This document shows positions 1 to 10,930 of a stretch of 64,000 bases of DNA, piece by piece. The stretch is from positions 73,658,001-73,722,000 of the forward strand of contig OZ076409.1 of NCBI GenBank assembly GCA_964187785.1. The letters are read 5' to 3'. This DNA comes from Amphiscolops sp. MND2022 (taxonomy: Eukaryota). Under the pieces are notes generated by a model. That model had not been told where the DNA came from. It was given only the letters and a program-made list of their open reading frames with translations, and did not search any database. Position 1 is the stretch's first letter, and each line of letters opens with the position of its first letter. The translations under genes were made by a program, and so were the position numbers.

Positions 1-643
1 TTGCTAGGCACTTCGTAAGGAGTCCGTAGACAAATTTTCGTACAGATCGGATGAAAATTGACTTAGTAATAAAAAACTTTGATTTGCATTTTTTCGAAAA
101 TTTCTGAAAACCCAGTCTATCTCTGCCGTTTTTTGCCCAGATTTTTTTCCAGGACCTCTCCTAAAGGCCTCCCCTGGCCGGTTTACCTCCCAGAAAAACC
201 ATTTGGCCCTTTTGCCGCAGTTTCAGCGTTCCAGGATTCCCCGGGTAAAAGTAAAATGTCTTAGAATTTTTTCGAAAAATTTTCAAAAATTTTTTTTTCA
301 ACTTCAAGCCTCCCAAAGTCAGGAAACGTCCACACAACTAGTATTGCAAGTGAATGCATGTGGAAAGTGCTCGAATAGACGAGAAAAATGAGCTATTATA
401 AACCTCTGTAGCTCAACCTGACGTTGACTTATGACAATTTTAGTGTGAGCTTGCTATATGGTAAAAAATTTCAAAAATTGAAAATCGAAGCTAAGTCTCA
501 TCCAAAACTCATCGGAATACGTTCAATCCATACCAAAGCGGTTTGTTCCCAGTTGTAGAGTGCAGCAACACCATTCAAGGTCATTTGACCCACTTTAATA
601 GGTTTTGACTTTGTCTTATCCATCCGAAAATTCGAAACAGTTT

Positions 644-684
644 AGTACATTCCATCTCCCCTCCGTGGGAGATGGTAATGTACT
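644..684 (+). other. Subterminal long hairpin ~260-270 bp before the CTAG end (representative copy)
   Basis: AGTACATT-CCATCTCCC-CTCCGT-GGGAGATGG-T-AATGTACT, with variants in families B, D, F and G. Confidence 0.85.
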
Positions 685-948
685 CGCAAAAAGCCAAGTA
701 TAACCGCCCTATTCTACCCGTAGTGGTGCTAGAAGAGCAGTAGCGTGAGCTCCAGGTTTGCAGTAGTCTCTATGTGTTATAATTATATTTTTCATAGCTA
801 AAAATCTTACTAAACGTGATAAAAAAAATTACATCACTCAAAATTTTTTCAAATATTATTATATGTCCCCAATTGACGCATGTCAACTATTTCACTACAA
901 CCACCCTACCACCCGGCCCCTCGTATCTTTGTTCAACCGTACACGTCT

Positions 949-1009
949 AGGTGCCATAATCCATTGATTAGCTCAACACTTCGAGGGCGGGGTAGGGCCC
1001 CCAGCCCGA
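949..1009 (+). other. 5'-terminal double hairpin (representative copy; equivalents follow every junction)
   Basis: Hairpin 1 is TAATC-CATT-GATTA (957-970). Hairpin 2 is TCGAGGGCGGGG-TAGGG-CCCCCAGCCCGA (981-1009). Confidence 0.8.
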
Positions 1010-4000
1010 GTCAAAAGTCGAAGACTAACAACTTAAGGCCCATGGTACCTCGAGACCCCGATTTTCTAAACGGCCCATCAGATTTTGCTCAAATTTTGCA
1101 TACGGCTTCCTATAACAATCCTAAGAACTAATCCCTACTGGCATTTTGCCCGGAAAACGCAAAAAGTGGGTCAAAATCTTAGTTTTTTGGTCAAAAAATG
1201 GCGTTTTTTCGAAAAATTTTTTTTCAAGAGCTCATATCTCGCTTCCAGGTGCTCGGAGCGGGTCGCATGTGGACGTTGATATTGCTGGGCACTTCGTAAG
1301 GAGTCCGTAGACAAATTTTCGTTCAGATCGGATGAAAATTGACTGAGTTATAACATATTTAGAAACGCATTTTTTCGCAAATTTCTGGAATCCCAGTCTA
1401 TCTCTGCCGTTTTTTGCCCAGATTTTTTTCCAGGACCTCTCCTAAAGACCTCCCCTGGCCGGTTTACCTCCCAGAAAAACCATTTGGCCCTAAATACGGA
1501 GTTTCAGCGTTCCAGGATTCCCCGGGTAAAAGATAAATGACTTAGAATTTTTTCAAAAATTTTTCAAAAATTTTTTTTTCAACTTCAGGCCTCCCAAAGT
1601 CAAGAAACGTCCACACAACTAGTATTGCAAGTGAATGCATGTGGAAAGTGCTCGAATAGACGAGAAAAATGAGCTATTATAAAGTTCTGTAGCTTAACCT
1701 GACGTTGACTTATGACAATTTTAGTGTGAGCTTGCTATGTGAGAAAAAATTTCAAAAATTGAAAATCGAAGCTAAGTCTCATCCAAAACTCATCCGAATA
1801 CGCTCAATCCATCCCAGAGCGGTTTAATTCTAGCTATATAGTGCAGCAACACCATTCAAGGTCATTTGACTCATTTCTATAGGTTTTGACTCTGTCTTAT
1901 CCATCCGATAGTTCGAAACAGTTGAGTACATTCCATCTCCCCTCCGTGGGAGATGGTAATGTACTCGCAAAAAGTCAAGGTCCTACCACCGTATTCTACC
2001 CGGAGTTGTGCTAGCAATGCAGTAGCGTGAGCCCCAGGTTGTTTGCAGTAGCCTTTACGTATGTTGTGACTATGTATTACAATTCTAACTCTGTTACTAA
2101 ACATTAAAAAATTGTTTCAATCTCAAATTTTTTTTCAACTTTAGTATGTCACCAATAAACATATATCCATCTTTCCTACTACAACCACCCTACCACCCGG
2201 CCCCTTGTCCACTGTTCAACCGTGCACGTCTAGGTGCCCAAATCCATCGATTTACCTTCACTTTGAGGGCGGGGTAGGGCCCCCGACCGGCTCCTCAGGC
2301 TTTAGACTGACAACGTTAAGCCATTGTGCAAAATGGAAGCGATTTTCTAAACGGCCCATACGATTTGGCTCAAAATTTGCATACGGCTTCCTCTAGCGAT
2401 TCTAAGAACTAATCCCTACTGGCGTTTTGCCCGGAAAAATCAAAAAGTTGGTCAAAATCTTAGTTTTTTGGTCGAAAAATGGCGTTTTTTTGGAAAAAAT
2501 TTTTTTAAGAGCCCATATCTCGCTCCCAGGTGCTCAGAGCGGGTCGCATGTGGACGTTGATATTGCTGGGCACTTCATAAGGAGTCCGTAGACAAATTTT
2601 GGTACAGATCGGATGAAAATTGATAGAGTAATAGCCGCCGATTTGGCGCATTTTTTCGCAAATTTTCGAAAACCTAGTCTATCTCTGCCGTTTTTTGCCC
2701 TGAGCTTGCTATATGGTAAAAAATTTCAAAAATTGAAAATCGAAGCTAAGTCTCATCCAAAACTCATCGGAATACGTTCAATCCATACCAAAGCGGTTTG
2801 TTCCCAGTTGTAGAGTGCAGCAACACCATTCAATGTCATTTGACCCACTTTAATAGGTTTTGACTTTGTCTTATCCATCCGAAAATTCGAAACAGTTAAG
2901 TACATTCCATCTCCCCTCCGTGGGAGATGGTAATGTACTCGCAAAAAGCCAAGTATAACCGCCCTATTCTACCCGTAGTGGTGCTAGAAGAGCAGTAGCG
3001 TGAGCTCCAGGTTTGCAGTAGTCTCTATGTGTTATAATTATATTTTTCATAGCTAAAAATCTTACTAAACGTGATAAAAAAAATTACATCACTCAAAATT
3101 TTTTCAAATATTATTATATGTCCCCAATTGACGCATGTCAACTATTTCACTACAACCACCCTACCACCCGGCCCCTCGTATCTTTGTTCAACCGTACACG
3201 TCTAGGTGCCATAATCCATTGATTAGCTCAACACTTCGAGGGCGGGGTAGGGCCCCCAGCCCGAGTCAAAAGTCGAAGACTAACAACTTAAGGCCCATGG
3301 TACCTCGAGACCCCGATTTTCTAAACGGCCCATCAGATTTTGCTCAAATTTTGCATACGGCTTCCTATAACAATCCTAAGAACTAATCCCTACTGGCATT
3401 TTGCCCGGAAAACGCAAAAAGTGGGTCAAAATCTTAGTTTTTTGGTCAAAAAATGGCGTTTTTTCGAAAAATTTTTTTTCAAGAGCTCATATCTCGCTTC
3501 CAGGTGCTCGGAGCGGGTCGCATGTGGACGTTGATATTGCTGGGCACTTCGTAAGGAGTCCGTAGACAAATTTTCGTTCAGATCGGATGAAAATTGACTG
3601 AGTTATAACATATTTAGAAACGCATTTTTTCGCAAATTTCTGGAATCCCAGTCTATCTCTGCCGTTTTTTGCCCAGATTTTTTTCCAGGACCTCTCCTAA
3701 AGACCTCCCCTGGCCGGTTTACCTCCCAGAAAAACCATTTGGCCCTAAATACGGAGTTTCAGCGTTCCAGGATTCCCCGGGTAAAAGATAAATGACTTAG
3801 AATTTTTTCAAAAATTTTTCAAAAATTTTTTTTTCAACTTCAGGCCTCCCAAAGTCAAGAAACGTCCACACAACTAGTATTGCAAGTGAATGCATGTGGA
3901 AAGTGCTCGAATAGACGAGAAAAATGAGCTATTATAAAGTTCTGTAGCTTAACCTGACGTTGACTTATGACAATTTTAGTGTGAGCTTGCTATGTGAGAA

Positions 4001-7000
4001 AAAATTTCAAAAATTGAAAATCGAAGCTAAGTCTCATCCAAAACTCATCCGAATACGCTCAATCCATCCCAGAGCGGTTTAATTCTAGCTATATAGTGCA
4101 GCAACACCATTCAAGGTCATTTGACTCATTTCTATAGGTTTTGACTCTGTCTTATCCATCCGATAGTTCGAAACAGTTGAGTACATTCCATCTCCCCTCC
4201 GTGGGAGATGGTAATGTACTCGCAAAAAGTCAAGGTCCTACCACCGTATTCTACCCGGAGTTGTGCTAGCAATGCAGTAGCGTGAGCCCCAGGTTGTTTG
4301 CAGTAGCCTTTACGTATGTTGTGACTATGTATTACAATTCTAACTCTGTTACTAAACATTAAAAAATTGTTTCAATCTCAAATTTTTTTTCAACTTTAGT
4401 ATGTCACCAATAAACATATATCCATCTTTCCTACTACAACCACCCTACCACCCGGCCCCTTGTCCACTGTTCAACCGTGCACGTCTAGGAGCCCAAATCC
4501 ATCGATTTACCTTCACTTTGAGGGCGGGGTAGGGCCCCCGACCGGCTCCTCAGGCTTTAGACTGGCAACTTTAAGCCATTGTGCAAAATGAAAGCGATTT
4601 TCTAAACGGCCCATACGATTTGGCTGAAATTTTGCATACGGCTTCCTCTAGCAATTCTAAGAACTAATCCCTACTGGCGTTTTGCCCGGAAAAATCAAAA
4701 AGTTGGTCAAAATCACTATTTTAGGTGCCGAAAATGGCGTTTTTTCGAAAATTTTTTTTTCAAGAGCCCATATCTCGCTTCCAGGTGCTCGTAGCGGGTC
4801 GCATGTGGACGTTGATATTGCTAGGCACTTCGTAAGGAGTCCGTATACAAATTTTCGTTCCGATCGGATAAAAATTGACTGAGTAATAGCCGCAAATCGG
4901 ACGAATTTTTCCGGAAATTTTGGTGCAACTAGTCTATCTCTGCCGTTTTTTGCCCAGATTTTTTTCCAGGACCTCTCCTAAAGACCTCCCCTGGCCGGTT
5001 TAGCCCCCAAAAAAACCATTTGGCCCTTTTGCCGCAGTTTCAGCGTTCCAGGATTCCCCGGGTAAAAGTAAAATGTCTTAGAATTTTTTCGAAAAATTTT
5101 CAAAAATTTTTTTTTTCAACTTCAGGCCTCCCAAAGTCATAGAACTTCCACACAACTAGTATTGCAAGTGAATGCATGTGGAAAGTGCTTGAATAGACGA
5201 GAAAAATGAGCTATTATAAACCTCTGTAGCTTAACCTGACGTTGACTTAAGACAATTTTAGTGTGAGCTTCCTATGTGAGAAAAAATTTCAAAAATTGAA
5301 AATCGAAGCTAAGCCTCATCCAAAACTCATCGGAATACGTTCAATCCATCCCAAAGCGGTTTGTTCCCAGTTGTAGAGTGCAGCAACACCATTCAAGGTC
5401 ATTTGGCCCACTTTAATAGGTTTTGACTTTGTCTTATCCATCCGAAAATTCGAAACAGTTAAGTACATTCCATCTCCCCTCCGTGGGAGATGGTAATGTA
5501 CTCGCAAAAAGCCAAGTACTACCGCCCTATTCTACCCGTAGTGGTGCTAGAAATGCAGTAGCGTGAGCTCCAGGTTGTTTGCAGTAGCCTTTACGTATGT
5601 TGTGATTATGTATTACAATTCTAACTCTGTTACTAAACATTAAAAAATTGTTTCAATCCCAAATTTTTTTCAACCTTAGTATGTCACCAATAAAGATATA
5701 TCCATCTTTCCTACTACAACCACCCTACCACCCGGCCCCTCGTATCTTTGTTCAACCGTACACGTCTAGGTGCCAATCCCCCCGGGATGCCACAGCTTCG
5801 AGGGCGGGGTAGGGCCCCCTGCCCGAGTCCAAATCCAACGGCGCTAAACTTCGCGCCTATAACGTAAGGCGTTTTCCATTTCTAGAGGCGATCTCGAAAA
5901 CGGCCCTATAGAATTGGCTCAAAATTTGCATACGGCTTCCTCTAGCGATTCTAAGAACTTTTCCCTACTACCGTTTTGCCCAAAAAAATTTTTTTGTTGA
6001 CTTATAGACAATTTTAGGTGCCGAAAATGGCGTTTTTTCGAAAAATTTTTTTTCAAGAGCCCATATCTCGCTCCCAGATGCTCGGAGCGGGTCGCATGTG
6101 GACGTCGATATTGCTAGGCACTTCGTAAGGAGTCCGTAGACAAATTTTCGTACAGATCGGATGAAAATTGACTTAGTAATAAAAAACTTTGATTTGCATT
6201 TTTTCGAAAATTTATGAAATCCCAGTGTATCTCTGCCGTTTTTTGCCCAGATTTTTTTCCAGGACCTCTCCTAAAGGCCTCCCCTGGCCGGTTTACCTCC
6301 CAAAAAAACCATTTGGCCCTAAATACGGAGTTTCAGCGTTCCAGGATTCCCCGGGTAAAAGTAAAATGACTTGGAATTTTTTCGAAAAAATTTCAAAATT
6401 TTTTTTTTCAACTTCAGGCCTCCCAAAGTCAGGAAACGTCCACACAACTAGTATTGCAAGTGAATGCATGTGGAAAGTGCTCGAATAGACGAGAAAAATG
6501 AGCTATTATAAACCTCTGTAGGTCAACCTGACGTTGACTTATTACATTTTGAGTGTGAGCTTGCTATGTGAGAAAAAAATTCAAAATTTAAAATCGAAGC
6601 GAAGTCTCATCCAAAACTCATCGGAATACGTTCAATCCATCCCAAAGCGGTTTATTTCCAGCTATATAGTGCAGCAACACCATTCAAGACCTTTTGATCC
6701 TTTTATATTAGTTTTGACACCGTCTTATCCGTTTGAAAGTTCGAAACAGTTAAGTACATTCCATCTCCCCTCCGTGGGAGATGGTAATGTACTCGCAAAA
6801 AGCCAAGTACTACCGCCCTATTCTACCCGTAGTGGTGCTAGAAATGCAGTAGCGTGAGCTCCAGGTTGTTTGCAGTAGTCTCTATGTGTTATAATTATAT
6901 TTTTCATAGCTAAAAATCTTACTAAACGTGATAAAAAAAATTACATCACTCAAAATTTTTTCAAATATTATTATATGTCCCCAATTGACGCACGTCAACT

Positions 7001-8354
7001 ATTTCACTACAACCACCCTACCACCCGGCCCCTCGTATCTTTGTTCAACCGTACACGTCTAGGTGCCAATCCCCCCCGGGATGCCACAACTTCGAGGGCG
7101 GGGTAGGGCCCCCTGCCCGAGTCCAAAACCAACGGCGCTAAACTTCGCGCCAGAAACTTAAGGCGTTTTCCATTTCTAGAGGCGATCTCGGAAACGGCCC
7201 TATAGAATTGGCTCAAAATTTGCATACGGCTTCCTCTAGCGATTCTAAGAACTTTTCCCTACTACCGTTTTGCCCAAAAAAATTTTTTTGTTGACTTATA
7301 GACAATTTTAGGTGCCGAAAATGGCGTTTTTTCGAAAAATTTTTTTTCAAGAGCCCATATCTCGCTCCCAGGTGCTCGGAGCGGGTCGCATGTGGACGTC
7401 GATATTGCTAGGCACTTCGTAAGGAGTCCGTAGACAAATTTTCGTACAGATCGGATGAAAATTGACTTAGTAATAAAAAACTTTGATTTGCATTTTTTCG
7501 AAAATTTATGAAATCCCAGTCTATCTCTGCCGTTTTTTGCCCAGATTTTTTTCTAGGACCTCTCCTAAAGGCCTCCCCTGGCCGGTTTACCTCCCAGAAA
7601 AACCATTTGGCCCTTTTGCCGCAGTTTCAGCGTTCCAGGATTCCCCGGGTAAAAGATAAATGACTTAGAATTTTTTCAAAAAATTTTCAAAATTTTTTTT
7701 TCAACTTCAGGCCTCCCAAAGTCAAGAAACGTCCACACAACTAGTATTGCAAGTGGATGCATGTGGAAAGTGCTCGAATAGACGAGAAAAATGAGCTATT
7801 ATAAAGTTCTCTAACTTAACCTGACGTTGACTTATGACAATTTTAGTGTGAGCTTGCTATGTGAGAAAAAAATTCGAAAGATGAAAATTGAAGCTAAGTC
7901 TCATCCAAAACTCATCGGAATACGTTCAATCCATCCCAAAGCGGTTCAATTCCAGTTGTATAGTGCAGCAACACCATTCGAGGTCATTTAACCCATATTT
8001 ATAAGTTTTGACACCGTCTTATCCATCCGAAAGTTCGAAACAGTTAAGTACATTCCATCTCCCCTCCGTGGGAGATGGTAATGTACTCGCAAAAAGCCAA
8101 GTATCACCGCCCTATTCTACCCGTAGTTGTGCTAGAAATGCAGCAGCGGGAGCGCCAGGCTGTTTACAGTAGCCTTTACGGGTGTTGTGACTATGTATTA
8201 CAAATCTAACTATGTTACTGAACGTGAAAAAATTGTTTCACTCCAAAATTTTTTTCAACTATTTTATGTCATCAATAAAGATATATCCATCTTTCCTACT
8301 ACAACCACCCTACCACCCGGCCCCTCGTATCTTTGTTCAACCGTACACGTCTAG

Positions 8355-10930
8355 GTGGCCGGAAATTTTTTTTTTCATCAAAATCTTTGCCATTGGGGGA
8401 GGGGCCCCGGATGGCCAGTAGTACGGGATAGCTTCCTACCAAATCCAGGCGGAAAAAACGTGATTTTGGAAACTAGCCGTCAGAATTTGCTCAAATTTTG
8501 CATACGGCTTCCTATAACAATTCTAAGAACTAATCCCTACTGGCATTTTGCCCAAAAAACGCAAAAAGTTGGTCAAAATCTTAGTAATTTGGTCAAAAAA
8601 TGGCGTTTTTTCGAAAAAAAAATTTTTCAGAGACAATTACTCGTAACTGGTTCACCCAGCGCAAAAACGCCTAGCTGATTTATTGTTGGGCACTTCATGA
8701 GGAGTGCGTATACAAATTTTCGTCCAGATCGGAAAAAAATTGACTAAGTATTAGCCGGAATTCGGACGCATTTTTTCGCAAATTTTTGAAAACCTAGTCT
8801 ATCTCTGCCGTTTTTTGCCCAGATTTTTTTCCAGGTCCTCTCCTAAAGGCCTCCCCTGGCCGGTTTACTTCCCAGAAAAACCATTTGGCCCTAAATACGG
8901 AGTTTCAGCGTTCTAGCATTCCCGGGCGAAAAGATGTGGGACTTAGAAAAAATTCAAAATTTTTCAAAAAATTTTTTTTCGTTTTCCGGCCCCCCAATGA
9001 AGGGGAACGACCCCCCCAACGAGGATTTTTGGTGAATTCACGTGGAAAGGCCTTGTTTTGTGGAGCAAATTGCCGTTTAGAGCGACTTTTCATCTTAACT
9101 TGACGTTGACCTCTGTCGTTTTGAATTTGATATTAGTATGTGTTGAGCATGTGAAAAGTTGATGATTTCAGTTGTTCTCTCGTGTTCAAGCCATTGAGAT
9201 ACAAGCGGTAGTGATCAAAATGTGATTTATCGCAATTTGGTGGTGCTTTTGGTGTATTTTGATTCTTTTAAATAAAAAGTTGGTCTTCATATATTTGGTG
9301 TTATGATTCAAATGAACAAGAAACAGTTGAGTACATTTCATCTCCCCCCTTGTGGGGGAGATGAGGATGTACCCGCTAAATGACACGCACAATGGCCCAC
9401 TTTTATTTTTATGCGACGTTTTCTAGGCTTTTGCGCAAGCCCACCAAAATTTAGACTGGTTTCTTTTTCTTTTACTTCAAAATTTTCCGTACTAACCACC
9501 TTACGCACCACCAGCTCAACGTAACATCTGTAACGTCAACGCCACACACTCTCACTAACGCCCACCGTCCGTGGGCATGCCGAGGCATGCCCTTCGACGA
9601 CGTATGCCAAATAGCGCCACAGGGCGCAAACTTGTCCGCTAGGTGGCCGGAAATTTTTTTTTTCATCAAAATCTTTGCCATTGGGGGAGGGGCCCCGGAT
9701 GGCCAGTAGTACGGGATAGCTTCCTACCAAATCCAGGCGGAAAAAACGTGATTTTGGAAACTAGCCGTCAGAATTTGCTCAAATTTTGCATACGGCTTCC
9801 TATAACAATTCTAAGAACTAATCCCTACTGGCATTTTGCCCAAAAAACGCAAAAAGTTGGTCAAAATCTTAGTAATTTGGTCAAAAAATGGCGTTTTTTC
9901 GAAAAAAAATTTTTTCAGAGACAATTACTCGTAACTGGTTCACCCAGCGCAAAAACGCCTAGCTGATTTATTGTTGGGCACTTCATGAGGAGTGCGTATA
10001 CAAATTTTCGTCCAGATCGGAAAAAAATTGACTAAGTATTAGCCGGAATTCGGACGCATTTTTTCGCAAATTTTTGAAAACCTAGTCTATCTCTGCCGTT
10101 TTTTGCCCAGATTTTTTTCCAGGTCCTCTCCTAAAGGCCTCCCCTGGCCGGTTTACTTCCCAGAAAAACCATTTGGCCCTAAATACGGAGTTTCAGCGTT
10201 CTAGCATTCCCGGGCGAAAAGATGTGGGACTTAGAAAAAATTCAAAATTTTTCAAAAAATTTTTTTTCGTTTTCCGGCCCCCCAATGAAGGGGAACGACC
10301 CCCCCAACGAGGATTTTTGGTGAATTCACGTGGAAAGGCCTTGTTTTGTGGAGCAAATTGCCGTTTAGAGCGACTTTTCATCTTAACTTGACGTTGACCT
10401 CTGTCGTTTTGAATTTGATATTAGTATGTGTTGAGCATGTGAAAAGTTGATGATTTCAGTTGTTCTCTCGTGTTCAAGCCATTGAGATACAAGCGGTAGT
10501 GATCAAAATGTGATTTATCGCAATTTGGTGGTGCTTTTGGTGTATTTTGATTCTTTTAAATAAAAAGTTGGTCTTCATATATTTGGTGTTATGATTCAAA
10601 TGAACAAGAAACAGTTGAGTACATTTCATCTCCCCCCTTGTGGGGGAGATGAGGATGTACCCGCTAAATGACACGCACAATGGCCCACTTTTATTTTTAT
10701 GCGACGTTTTCTAGGCTTTTGCGCAAGCCCACCAAAATTTAGACTGGTTTCTTTTTCTTTTACTTCAAAATTTTCCGTACTAACCACCTTACGCACCACC
10801 AGCTCAACGTAACATCTGTAACGTCAACGCCACACACTCTCACTAACGCCCACCGTCCGTGGGCATGCCGAGGCATGCCCTTCGACGACGTATGCCAAAT
10901 AGCGCCACAGGGCGCAAACTTGTCCGCTAG
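8355..10930 (+). mobile_element. Two tandem family-B units (1288 bp each); third copy at 17450-18737
   Basis: Start GTGGCCGGAAATTTT, end CTTGTCCGCTAG. The right half is largely unrelated to family A and carries GGGCATGCCGAGGCATGCCC. Confidence 0.85.
9573..9592. promoter_or_regulatory. Palindrome GGGCATGCCGAGGCATGCCC (hairpin and/or p53-family-like response element) near the 3' end of families B-F
   Basis: A 9-bp inverted repeat that also matches RRRCWWGYYY x2 at 19 of 20 positions. Copies at 17378-17397, 52799-52818, 59327-59346 and 63170-63189, and in the other B and C units. Confidence 0.5.

Noticed and set aside
951..1060. HDV-like or hammerhead ribozyme at unit starts
   Set aside because: I could not find the catalytic core motifs or nested pseudoknot on either strand by eye. 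A covariance-model search would be needed to exclude it fully.
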